Assembly: GCF_055900595.2 (NCBI RefSeq)
Contig: NZ_CM148325.1
DNA: 64,000 nt
Reading direction: 5' to 3' (one strand)
In this document: positions 9,360 through 18,254 of the stretch, one piece after another
Position numbering within the stretch: the stretch's first letter is position 1
Layout of the letters: every line of letters starts with the position of its first letter
Translations under genes and position numbers: made by a program
The notes under the pieces: generated by a model
Database searches by the model: none
What the model was told of the DNA's origin: nothing
Seen by the model: the letters and a program-made list of their open reading frames with translations, nothing else

Positions 9360-9970
9360 TGAGTAACACTGCAGTTCTGGATGAAAACGGTATCGCCACT
9401 TTCGCAGGCGATATCACTGTATATCACTATGATGAGGAAACCCGGGAATACACCTCATCCTCTGTGGAGTATCTCGCCCTGGGGGTGGGTACCCCGGCAC
9501 ATTCATGCGCCGATGCCCCGCCAGAGGCAATGCCGGGTTACGTGATTTGCCGGACGTCCACGCTGGACGGGTGGGAGTATGTCCCCGATCATCGTGGAGA
9601 GACGGTATACAGCACAGAGAACGGTAATCCGGTCCAGATTACCCAACCAGGTGACTACCCGGAAGGGACAACGACAAAACAGCCTGCCACACCATGGGAT
9701 ACCTGGAACGGTGAGGCGTGGGTAACCGATACAGAACGGCAGCAAGCCGAAGAGCTGGAGGTTGCCAGACAGCAACGCAAGGAACGGGTGGATCAGGCGA
9801 TGAAGTCCATCGACCTCATCAACCTTAAGTTGCGGGCAGGTCGCAGTCTGACACCAGAAGAAACGGCAAAACTGAATGCCGTGCTGGATTATATCGACGA
9901 GCTGAACGCACTGGATATCAGCACGGAGCCTGAAATAAGCTGGCCGGAAACACCACCAGAAATGGAATGA
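9359..9970 (+). CDS. Tail fibre assembly chaperone (gpG / Tfa-like)
   Basis: 203-aa ORF starting at the tail fibre stop (TAATG overlap); typical Tfa N-terminus MSNTAVLDENGIATFAGDITVYHYDEETREY. Confidence 0.7.
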   Translation: MSNTAVLDENGIATFAGDITVYHYDEETREYTSSSVEYLALGVGTPAHSCADAPPEAMPGYVICRTSTLDGWEYVPDHRGETVYSTENGNPVQITQPGDYPEGTTTKQPATPWDTWNGEAWVTDTERQQAEELEVARQQRKERVDQAMKSIDLINLKLRAGRSLTPEETAKLNAVLDYIDELNALDISTEPEISWPETPPEME

Positions 9971-10040
9971 GCGGGGAAAAGGAACGGGCATTCATAAATA
10001 ATTCATCATGCAGGTGCCGCAAGAATGCGGCACATTACCT

Positions 10041-10529
10041 TCACATCAGATCATTTACGCCGCTTACTGTGGTATTCCAGACCGAACTTAACTTCCCTTT
10101 CATTCCCGAAAGCATATCAGACACCGGCGACGAGGCCATACTCTCCCGCAAATCCTCATCACAGCGTTCCAGACTGACAGTGAACTCAATTTTTTTGGCC
10201 TTACCGTGGCGGTCAAGTTCGCTTCGCGTTGTGCGGACAGCCGTTATCACATACATGCCGTATATCTGCCCCACACCGTCAATCAGCGGCCATGGGCGAC
10301 CAGTGTAAGCCTGCGTCGTTAAAAGGCTGAGGGAAACCTCACCGCCGGTAATTTCGGGATAAAGCACACCGGACAACGTGATCTGGTCGTCACCCGCCCC
10401 GATATACTGCCAGCTGGCCGAACGATTGATGCGTTCATTTTTAACGTGGCGCCAGGTTTTATTATGTTGCAGTTGTTGATGAGGCAGCGTACGCAACTCA
10501 AAAACAAACATGCCGTAAATCATCATCAT
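10041..10529 (-). CDS. Tail protein, P2 gpU-like
   Basis: 162 aa, N-terminus MMMIYGMFVFELRTLPHQQLQHNKTWRH closely resembles P2 gpU (159 aa); on the opposite strand to H/G. Confidence 0.7.
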   Translation of the reverse strand: MMMIYGMFVFELRTLPHQQLQHNKTWRHVKNERINRSASWQYIGAGDDQITLSGVLYPEITGGEVSLSLLTTQAYTGRPWPLIDGVGQIYGMYVITAVRTTRSELDRHGKAKKIEFTVSLERCDEDLRESMASSPVSDMLSGMKGKLSSVWNTTVSGVNDLM

Positions 10530-10540
10530 GCGAGGTACTC

Positions 10541-13500
10541 CTAATCTCTGTCACGGAAACTACCGACTGTCTGGCGGATACGGCGTTCCATTTCCGCACG
10601 GACGGCATCACCCACCATTTTTGCCAGTTCGCGCGGGTTTTGCGTGTGAACATCATGCAGGTGAATATGCAGTTCGCCAGTTAATCCCCATGGTGCCGGC
10701 TCACTCTGGCGCGGTCGGGGCGATGCGGGGGATATGGGCTGGCGCACAGCCTCAACCACCGGACGGGATGTTGCCGCCATCACTGGTGTCATTAGCGGGG
10801 AGAACGTCGGCATGACATCGTGAGTCATAACCGGTTTGATCACCGGCGGAACCACTGGCGTAATATTACCGGACAGTACCGGACGGACGACCGGAGGAAT
10901 AACCGGCACATTATTCACGGACACCACCGGCTTCACGACCGGCGACACGTTCGCCGTGGTGGATATCAGCGGCGAAACACTGACAGGCGGTGGCGCTGGC
11001 AGCGGTGGCAACGAAGGCACACTGACCGACGGCACCTGCGGCAGTCTGACAGGTGGCTCACTGACACTACCCGGTAACAGGGAAGCTGCTCGGTTAAAGC
11101 GTTCCTCCTTCCACTCACCACGAACGGCCAGCGCTTCCGGCAGGTTTTTAAAGATAATATCGCCGGGACCAGCGCGTTTTTTCGCCTGTTTCGCCTCATC
11201 CAGCAGACCACCGGTGTTATCGACGATTTTGTTCAGGCGGCGCATAGTGCCGGTATTCTCCCCCGTCAGGGGTGGTTGCCCCCCTTTGGGTTTTTCGCCG
11301 TCTTTTTTATCCTCGTCCTTTTTCGGCGGATTAATGACGTTAACATCCGCCAGAAGCATGGCAGCTTTCTCGTTCAGCAACTCCTTCTGTTTTAGTTCTT
11401 CCGCCTTTTTCCGGGCGCGCTCAACCGCCGACGGAATCAGCCCGAGTTTTTCCAGCACCCGGGTTAATGAGTCAATCAGCAGCGTAACCGGACCGGTCAC
11501 CAGATTGCTGATAAACTCCCCGACCTTCTGCCCGAACGTACGCCCGGCTTCCGTGCACTTGTCCAGCTCATCCTTTGTTGTGCTTACCGGCGCGAACAAA
11601 TCCACGAACCACTGCCACACACGCCCGATTGTCTGCCCGACATACTCAAACAGCGGTCCCAGTGGTGCCACAGCCTCGCGCAGTGGCGTAAGCCCCTGCC
11701 ACAGGCCGGACAAGAACCCGCCCACGACAGCCTTCAGCTGGTCCCAGTGCCGCCAGATAAGCACTGCCGCACCGACCAGTGTCGCCACCACAAGGCCCAC
11801 CGGACTTAACAGAAAACCCAGCGCCCCGCCAAGTGCGCCCACCGCACCACTCACCATCCCCCACAGTGCGGGCAGACCTGACAGTCTGAGCGCCAGTATT
11901 CCGATACCGCGCCCCAGTGAAATCAGTGCGCCGCCAGGTGAAGTGAACGCAGCCAGCAGACCACCACGCAGCGCGCCAAGTCCCGCCTGCACACCACGAA
12001 GCCGCCCCGCAACTACGCCCAGCAGTGCAGCAAACCGTCCGGCACCGGAGGTGATACCGACAAACAGCACGCGCCAGCCACCGATACCGCCCAGCGGACC
12101 ACCGAGTACGCCGCGCAGCTGCGTCAGTAACGGCAGCGCACGACCGAGGCCGGATGTGCCGGTCAGCAGGGCAAACCCAAGACGCAGTTTTGCCAGCGGC
12201 CCCATCAACACACCAGTGGCAAGTGACAGCGCCCCCATGGCCGCAACCGCAGCCAGCAGTACACCACCGGCAATCAGCAGTTGTTTTGTCAGTTCAGGGT
12301 GCGCCTGAGCCAGCGCGGTGACTTTCGCAATAACCCGGGTGAACGACTGCGTGACAGAACGCAGCGGCCCGTCAACGAGGTCAGCGACACGGATACGCAG
12401 TCCTTCCCATGCGCTGTTCAGTGATTTCAGGTCACCGTCCAGGTTATCAGCCATAACACGGGCAGTGTGATTAAGTTCCCCGGTGGCCAGTTCAATCTCC
12501 TGCGTAAGACGGGGAAGATTATTTTCCCCCGCCGCAGTGACAAGATTCATCAGGGAAACATAGGACTCCTGCCCGGCAATAGCCCTGAAAAAGGAGACCT
12601 GCGCGGCATTACCGTATTTTCGGGTGGCCTGGTACAGCTCATTCAGGATATTTTCCATCCGGCGCATGTTCCCGTAAGCATCCTGCGTCTCCACGCCAAG
12701 CTCTTTCAGTGCCATTGCAGCGGCCTTCGGCGGATCAACCAGACGTGACAGACTGGCACGCAGCGCCGTACCTGCATCACTTCCACGGATCCCCACACTG
12801 CCAAGGACACCCGTCATGGCTGCCGCCTGTTCAAGGGACAGGCCAAGTGAAGCTGCAACCGGACCCGTGTACTTCATGGTTTCACCCAGCGAACGGAGAT
12901 CCGTATTGGTTCGTGTGAAGGTGGCGGCCAGCGTGTCACCCACGCGATCCATCTGGTCAGCGGACAGACCAAACTGTGTGAGGATATTCGAACTGATATC
13001 GGCAGTCTGTCCCAGGTCCATCCCTGCAGCCATTGCCAGATCAAGCACGCCGGGTAGCGCCGCCTGTATGGCCTGTGGTGTGAAGCCGGCCATGGCAAGG
13101 AACGCCTGACCGCTGGCAGCATCACCGGCGGTAAACTGCGTTTCAGAGCCCAGCTTAATGGCCTGTTCGCGCAGCGCCTTAAACTGCGGACTGTTTTTGT
13201 CAATACGGGTCAGCGCCTGGACGCGCGACATCTCCTTACCAAAACTGACCGCCGGTTGCAGGAAACGTCCGGCCGCATAGCCGCCTGCCGCCGCCGTACC
13301 AACCGCCGTAAGTCCGACCGTTTTAAGTTTTCCCGCCGTCTCCTGAGCACGGGAATATTGCTGGCGTGCCTGCGTGACACGTGCCAGCGCCTGCCGTTCG
13401 CGTTCCAGCTGGTCGTTGTATTGCTGTGTTCGCCGTATGGCCTGTTGAATGGTGTTGTCACTGCCGGAAAGCGCAATACCGTGGCGCCGCAGCTCACCAC

Positions 13501-13888
13501 CCAGTTCGCGCATTCGCTGAACTTCACGCGCACGGACCTCATTGAGACGCTCAAGTTTGAGGCTCAAATCGTTCATCAGCTTTTTCTGTTTGTCAGACAG
13601 CACGGTTCCGGCGCGCTGAATTTGCTGAAGTGCGCTTAACTGGCGTTGCGCCCTGACAATGCCGTTTCCGGCCTTGTTTGCAGCCTCGCGGGCGCGATCA
13701 AATGAACGGGCGTGGCGTTCCAGGTTTTTGATCGCACCCTGCGTTCTCTGTATGGAGTCGCCAAGCTGGCCCATCATGCGACGGGCGTTTTCGGTGGGAC
13801 GGGTCAGCCTGTCAACAGCGCTGAAGGCGACCCGTATATCAAGCGTTTTCATGCTCTGCGTTCCCGCTGCGAAGGGCCGCCCGCTCAC
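10541..13888 (-). CDS. Tail tape measure protein, P2 gpT-like
   Basis: 1115-aa ORF; coiled-coil N-terminal region, Gly/Ala-rich hydrophobic centre, Pro/Val-rich C-terminal part; track start is GTG at 13888, an in-frame ATG also lies at 13852. Confidence 0.8.
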   Translation of the reverse strand: MSGRPFAAGTQSMKTLDIRVAFSAVDRLTRPTENARRMMGQLGDSIQRTQGAIKNLERHARSFDRAREAANKAGNGIVRAQRQLSALQQIQRAGTVLSDKQKKLMNDLSLKLERLNEVRAREVQRMRELGGELRRHGIALSGSDNTIQQAIRRTQQYNDQLERERQALARVTQARQQYSRAQETAGKLKTVGLTAVGTAAAGGYAAGRFLQPAVSFGKEMSRVQALTRIDKNSPQFKALREQAIKLGSETQFTAGDAASGQAFLAMAGFTPQAIQAALPGVLDLAMAAGMDLGQTADISSNILTQFGLSADQMDRVGDTLAATFTRTNTDLRSLGETMKYTGPVAASLGLSLEQAAAMTGVLGSVGIRGSDAGTALRASLSRLVDPPKAAAMALKELGVETQDAYGNMRRMENILNELYQATRKYGNAAQVSFFRAIAGQESYVSLMNLVTAAGENNLPRLTQEIELATGELNHTARVMADNLDGDLKSLNSAWEGLRIRVADLVDGPLRSVTQSFTRVIAKVTALAQAHPELTKQLLIAGGVLLAAVAAMGALSLATGVLMGPLAKLRLGFALLTGTSGLGRALPLLTQLRGVLGGPLGGIGGWRVLFVGITSGAGRFAALLGVVAGRLRGVQAGLGALRGGLLAAFTSPGGALISLGRGIGILALRLSGLPALWGMVSGAVGALGGALGFLLSPVGLVVATLVGAAVLIWRHWDQLKAVVGGFLSGLWQGLTPLREAVAPLGPLFEYVGQTIGRVWQWFVDLFAPVSTTKDELDKCTEAGRTFGQKVGEFISNLVTGPVTLLIDSLTRVLEKLGLIPSAVERARKKAEELKQKELLNEKAAMLLADVNVINPPKKDEDKKDGEKPKGGQPPLTGENTGTMRRLNKIVDNTGGLLDEAKQAKKRAGPGDIIFKNLPEALAVRGEWKEERFNRAASLLPGSVSEPPVRLPQVPSVSVPSLPPLPAPPPVSVSPLISTTANVSPVVKPVVSVNNVPVIPPVVRPVLSGNITPVVPPVIKPVMTHDVMPTFSPLMTPVMAATSRPVVEAVRQPISPASPRPRQSEPAPWGLTGELHIHLHDVHTQNPRELAKMVGDAVRAEMERRIRQTVGSFRDRD

Positions 13889-14365
13889 GCCAGGCGACCA
13901 CCTCGCCGGGATCCATCAGGAAGATTTCAGCGGGAGACCAGTTGAAAATAACGGCGATATCCGCCACAAAGTCTTCAATGTGCTCAAAGGGCACGACGGT
14001 TATCAGCCTGCCGTCGCCGCCCCACTCTTCCCGCCAGAGTCCTGACCGGCCAAAAAATTAACCGCCACCCCGCACAGCTGAATAAAATCAGCGGACCCCA
14101 TGCGCTTAAGCAGAACCTCGTCCAGTCGCGGCGAAGTGACGCGCGGGAGTAACTCAAACATCGCGTCCGTTTTCATGTTCAGCACGTCAAGCAGTGACAG
14201 CCCGCGCAGTGAACCGGCCTGCTGTACAGCAGGCGTGATTTCCACATACGTGATTTTTTTGTTACCGAGCACAAGGGGCGTTTTCAGCGTCACGCCGCGC
14301 TCACTGGTCACGTCCGCCGCATCAGCACCGTCAGTAACAGGGGCAACAACCGGATTTTCTTTCAT
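13839..14365 (-). CDS. Putative E+E' fusion made by programmed -1 ribosomal frameshift
   Basis: TTTTTTG on the coding strand at 14051-14057; the -1 frame stays open for about 70 codons and stops at TGA 13839-13841, just inside the tape measure 5' end. Confidence 0.45.
14003..14365 (-). CDS. Tail assembly chaperone, P2 gpE-like (zero-frame product)
   Basis: 120-aa ORF between the tube gene and tape measure gene; contains the slippery heptamer near its 3' end. Confidence 0.6.
   Translation of the reverse strand: MKENPVVAPVTDGADAADVTSERGVTLKTPLVLGNKKITYVEITPAVQQAGSLRGLSLLDVLNMKTDAMFELLPRVTSPRLDEVLLKRMGSADFIQLCGVAVNFLAGQDSGGKSGAATAG
14051..14057 (-). other. Slippery heptamer T_TTT_TTG (candidate -1 frameshift site)
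   Basis: Plus strand reads caaaaaa at 14051-14057; reverse complement is TTTTTTG in the E reading frame (AVNFLAGQ). Confidence 0.45.
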
Positions 14366-14415
14366 GCATAAAACCTCAAATCAGGGGGCGACGCCGCGCG
14401 CCGCCGTGGGAAACA

Positions 14416-14934
14416 TTAACCACCAAGACCAATCGCCGAGCGCACGCGGTCCGGGAAGACGTTTTTGCCGTCCTTGCGTTCGATGTGGTTCAGTAAATCA
14501 ATCTCCAGCACCGGACGGTCGTTAATGCTGAGTTTGTAGTAGGTACTCCTGACCGCATAGGTGTGAGACGTGACCTCACCCTGTTTTGCCTCCCCCGTAT
14601 CAATTTCCGTCACGCGGCCGCGAAGCTCAATTTCATACAGGTCGCTCTGCTCTTCATCGTTGTAGTACTCACCGACAAAGCGCAGCAGCGTACCGTCGAT
14701 CGTGCCGCCGTACTTAAGGAACAGTTCGCGGGTCGGCCCGCCCATGGTGAAACTCGCATCCAGCGCGCCGTCATCCAGACCAAGGTCGATATTCACCGCG
14801 CCGGCCATACCACCACCGCGATAGGCTTCCGTTTTACGGGTCAGTTTGGGGGGGGTGAAGCCGGTCACCCTGCCAATCTGGTTCACCCCGTCAGTAAACA
14901 GCGTGAACACCCTGAGATTTTTTGGTACGGCCAT
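14416..14934 (-). CDS. Tail tube protein, P2 gpFII-like
   Basis: 172 aa, same length as P2 FII; directly downstream of the sheath gene. Confidence 0.75.
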   Translation of the reverse strand: MAVPKNLRVFTLFTDGVNQIGRVTGFTPPKLTRKTEAYRGGGMAGAVNIDLGLDDGALDASFTMGGPTRELFLKYGGTIDGTLLRFVGEYYNDEEQSDLYEIELRGRVTEIDTGEAKQGEVTSHTYAVRSTYYKLSINDRPVLEIDLLNHIERKDGKNVFPDRVRSAIGLGG

Positions 14935-16124
14935 TAAGCACCTCCAAGCGTCGCAAATGCAGGACCAAAGAATTCATCAGTAAACGTCTGGTAAAGTTCC
15001 ATATCCTCAAGCGGCGGAACGGGCGTGTACTTGTAGCGGATACGCACGCGTCCCTGACGAAGTTCCGTGGTGCTGTTATCCACCACGTCATACCAGCACT
15101 CCGCACCAATGAGACGTCCTGACGTAACCAGCGCATCCAGTTTTGCGCGAATTGCGCTTAACACGTCTTTCACATTAGCAGGGGTCAGCGGGGCATCAAT
15201 CGTTTCAAACTGCGCTTCCGCAATGGAATCAGCCAGCACCTGAGCGGTTCGCGTGTACACCTCAAAGAGATACGCCTTCGTTTCCGGCGTACGGTTGCCC
15301 CAGAAGCGGAAACCGTTACGGCAAATGATGGTAGTGATTTCCTTGTTGTTGAGATTGTTGGCATCGCTGTCTTCGGACTGAAGGGACCAGAACACCGGGC
15401 TGGAAATACCCAGCACATTTCTTACCGGCACGTTGGACAGCGATTTATGCCAGCCCTGTTCGTGGTCAATACGTGCACGTAAACCGCAGGCGTACGCCGC
15501 AGCCGGGAAGACCTCATTAGCGCCGGATTTCGGGTTATGGGCGATGAAGTCCGGCCAGACCAGCATAAGTTCGCGCTCGTTAAATCTGGCGCGGTAGCTG
15601 ATTGCATCGGCGGGCTTCTTGCAGTTGTGACAGCCCGCGTAGACAAATGCGCGAAGTTTTTCTGCAATTACACACAGGGATTTTGTGACAGCTTCAGTAT
15701 CCAGTCCGGGAGCTGCGATGATGCGCGGACGGTAACCGATGGCATCATCCTGTTCAGCTATCAGAAGTGCATACATGCCGGTATAGTTTCCGTCATCATC
15801 AGAACCACCGATAACGAGTTTGTCCTGGGTTTGTCCTGAATGCGTCTCTTCCTTAAATTCAGGAACGCGCACCACAATCACCTTCGTGCTCACCTGGTCG
15901 GCGACAGCCTTAAGCGATTTGTAAAGCGTCCCCTTTGTGCCGGCCTTACCCAGCACATCACTGACGCGGGTCAGCAGTGTGGGTTTGTTCAGCGGGAACA
16001 GAGTTTCATCCGCGTCATCTGCCGTAGCCACAATACCAATAACACTGGAATCCACATCATTAATGGCGGTGGCAAGGCCGGTACTTTCCCTTACGCGCGC
16101 ACCATGAAAGCGTGTTTCACTCAT
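14934..16124 (-). CDS. Contractile tail sheath protein, P2 gpFI-like
   Basis: Internal ATG at 16124 (MSETRFHGARV...) gives 396 aa, same length as P2 FI; conserved motifs such as RNGFRFWGNRT. Confidence 0.8.
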   Translation of the reverse strand: MSETRFHGARVRESTGLATAINDVDSSVIGIVATADDADETLFPLNKPTLLTRVSDVLGKAGTKGTLYKSLKAVADQVSTKVIVVRVPEFKEETHSGQTQDKLVIGGSDDDGNYTGMYALLIAEQDDAIGYRPRIIAAPGLDTEAVTKSLCVIAEKLRAFVYAGCHNCKKPADAISYRARFNERELMLVWPDFIAHNPKSGANEVFPAAAYACGLRARIDHEQGWHKSLSNVPVRNVLGISSPVFWSLQSEDSDANNLNNKEITTIICRNGFRFWGNRTPETKAYLFEVYTRTAQVLADSIAEAQFETIDAPLTPANVKDVLSAIRAKLDALVTSGRLIGAECWYDVVDNSTTELRQGRVRIRYKYTPVPPLEDMELYQTFTDEFFGPAFATLGGA

Positions 16125-16200
16125 ATGTTTCACCCTTGTCTGGCTGGTTGATTTTGCGTAATCATTACCCACACACGCGGTAATCTCACCCCTTTGATGT

Positions 16201-16218
16201 TGTCTCCTGACAGCGACA
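16201..16218. promoter_or_regulatory. TGT-N12-ACA dyad, candidate Ogr/Delta-type late activator site between divergent FI and D
   Basis: tgtctcctgacagcgaca lies inside a longer palindrome (ttgttgtc...gacaacaa); about 77 bp from the FI start and about 68 bp from the D start. Confidence 0.4.
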
Positions 16219-16285
16219 ACAAAACAGCCATTCAACGCCGCTGCGGTGCATGAAACCATTACAGAACGCACCAGGAGAGAACACC

Positions 16286-17377
16286 ATGAAAGAGCTGTCA
16301 GTTACCGTTCCGTCACCGGATATCGACATCACCATCAACAACAACACACTGGCAAACCTCACAGAGCGACTCATGACGCTGACCCTGACGGATAACCGGG
16401 CCTTTGAGGCAGACCGCGTCACCCTCACCCTTGACGATACGGACGGGCAGTTACAGTTGCCACCACGTGGCGCACGCCTGAGAGTGATGATTGGCTGGCG
16501 AGGAGAATCACTGGTTAACAAGGGCACCTACGTCGTTGATGAGGTTGCGTGGGAAGGACCTCCAGATAAACTGATCATCACCGCCAGCAGCGCAGATTTT
16601 CGGGAAGAGTTCAACGTGAGGCGGGAGGTATCCTGGCACGACGTGACCGTAAAACAGGTTGTGTCAGCCATCGCTCACCGCTACGGCCTGAAGACACAGA
16701 TAAGCGAAATCCTCATGGATATCGAAATTGACCACGCTGACCAGACCGAAGAGAGCGATATATCCTTCCTGACCCGCATGGCTGAAATGCTGGGTGCGAT
16801 TGCCACCGTAAAAAACGGCAGCCTGTTATTCATTCTGCCGGGTGGCGGAACCGGGCCGGACGGAAGAGCCCTGCCTTCGTTCGCCATTACCCGCAGCAGC
16901 GGCGACAGTCACCGCTTTCGCATTGCTGACCGTGATGCGTATACGGGGGTCCGGGCGCACTGGCTCGATCTGAAGTTCGGGCAAAAGAAAAAAGTGAACG
17001 TGAAGCGACGCAGGGAAGCCGGGAAACAGAAACAGGAGAAGAGCAGCAGCCGGGAGGGTGATTACATGGAAGGCGCGGAAGGGAACGTCTACGTTCTGCG
17101 CAGGACTTACCAGAATGAAGAAACCGCACGACGTGCAGCTGCGGCAAAGTGGCAGGAGTTACAGCGGGGAGCAGCGGCATTCTCCATCACTCTGGCACGG
17201 GGTCGTGCCGACCTGTATCCCGAAATGCACGGCAGGGTAACAGGTTTTAAAAGCGAGGTGGACAATCAGGACTGGATTATTGCCAGGGTGGAGCACATCA
17301 TAGATGAAAGCGGCTTCACCACACAACTGGAGCTGGAAGCGAAAATCCCCGAATGGATAGCAGATTCAGGCGGATAA
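16286..17377 (+). CDS. Tail protein D (late control gene D family), P2 gpD-like
   Basis: ATG at 16286 preceded by aggagag; 363 aa with gpD-type motifs (LTLTDNR.FEAD, FSITLARGRADLYPE). Confidence 0.7.
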   Translation: MKELSVTVPSPDIDITINNNTLANLTERLMTLTLTDNRAFEADRVTLTLDDTDGQLQLPPRGARLRVMIGWRGESLVNKGTYVVDEVAWEGPPDKLIITASSADFREEFNVRREVSWHDVTVKQVVSAIAHRYGLKTQISEILMDIEIDHADQTEESDISFLTRMAEMLGAIATVKNGSLLFILPGGGTGPDGRALPSFAITRSSGDSHRFRIADRDAYTGVRAHWLDLKFGQKKKVNVKRRREAGKQKQEKSSSREGDYMEGAEGNVYVLRRTYQNEETARRAAAAKWQELQRGAAAFSITLARGRADLYPEMHGRVTGFKSEVDNQDWIIARVEHIIDESGFTTQLELEAKIPEWIADSGG

Positions 17378-17420
17378 AATTAAAATGAGCCATCTCCACT
17401 CAGCCAGATAAGGAGAAGCC

Positions 17421-17672
17421 ATGTTCCGTTGTCCCCTATGCGGTGCATCCGCACGTATCCGCACCAGTCGCAATGAAAATGATTCAGGCACAGTTCGCCT
17501 GAAGTACTACCAGTGCAATAACCTCGAATGCGGGATCGGCTTTACCACACTGGAGGGTTTTAACAAATTCACATCAAAACGCGCCCCGTCGCCGCAGGGT
17601 ACAGAGCGGATACCGTGGGAAGATTTTCCGGGATCTCACAGGGGGAATACTCAGATTAATCTTGATATTTAA
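17421..17672 (+). CDS. ogr: Ogr/Delta-family zinc-finger late transcription activator
   Basis: 83 aa; N-terminus MFRCPLCGASARIRTSR...YYQCNNLEC carries the four-Cys Ogr signature; last gene of the P2-type late region. Confidence 0.7.
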   Translation: MFRCPLCGASARIRTSRNENDSGTVRLKYYQCNNLECGIGFTTLEGFNKFTSKRAPSPQGTERIPWEDFPGSHRGNTQINLDI

Positions 17673-17790
17673 GAACAATAATCAGGTTGAGAGGACATCA
17701 TAAGGCAAGTAGATTAACGGCAGATACTTTCCCGCAACCACGGGCAAGTATTTAATTATCCATGATGAAATATGACCTAAATTGTTTTTT

Positions 17791-17816
17791 GCCCGCCGGA
17801 AAGCGGGCATTTTTTT
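17791..17816 (+). terminator. Intrinsic terminator (GC hairpin plus T7), first of a recurring family in the array
   Basis: gcccgccggaaagcgggc then attttttt; T-run only on the plus-strand side. Confidence 0.55.
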
Positions 17817-18030
17817 ATTCTTTTGTGGTTATGGGGTCATCAGGAACCACGTGCAGATTATATTTTTGTTTTTTTGGCGTTCCTCCGGCAGCAACGAGTT
17901 CATCAATAAGACACTGACACGCCTGAACATCCCGGGCATGTCTTAGTTTCACCTTTATTGATTTAACCTTATCCTCACCGGAGGAGAAATGCAGTTCAAT
18001 CTCAATATCGTTTCTTCGGAACAATCTCAT
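17815..18030 (-). CDS. Hypothetical small protein (71 aa) encoded in the 450-bp repeat unit; only this copy is full length
   Basis: MRLFRRNDIEIELHFSSGEDKVKS...; copy at about 19.2 kb differs by two synonymous and one non-synonymous change in the first 7 codons and is truncated to about 35 codons; third copy degenerate. Confidence 0.35.
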   Translation of the reverse strand: MRLFRRNDIEIELHFSSGEDKVKSIKVKLRHARDVQACQCLIDELVAAGGTPKKQKYNLHVVPDDPITTKE

Positions 18031-18254
18031 ACGCCCCCTGAATATATCAGAAATACTAGTATCGAAAAATGAGAAAACAGTTAGACAGGAGAAACATATT
18101 AACACAAATCATTTATACCTATAGATGAAATTATAATTTCATTCATGAATATGATAGATAACTATATTGTGAACAAAATGAAAAATGGCTAAATTAAAAA
18201 TGGGCATGGAGGAATGCCCGGTTATCAATATAATGTGACGTAGATCATTGTTTT

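Noticed and set aside
9967-10308. 113-aa plus-strand ORF at the G/U junction
   Set aside because: Overlaps the well-supported gpU-like gene on the opposite strand, with no ribosome-binding site or homology signal.
10836-12308. 490-aa plus-strand ORF
   Set aside because: Lies entirely inside and antisense to the tape measure gene; low-complexity Ser/Pro/Thr-rich translation typical of a GC-rich antisense frame.
17673-17800. Looked for an integrase gene or a tRNA/tmRNA integration target at the prophage right end
   Set aside because: No tRNA-like structure or integrase ORF was seen; only the agtagattaac motif shared with the repeat units, which is reported as a finding rather than a feature.
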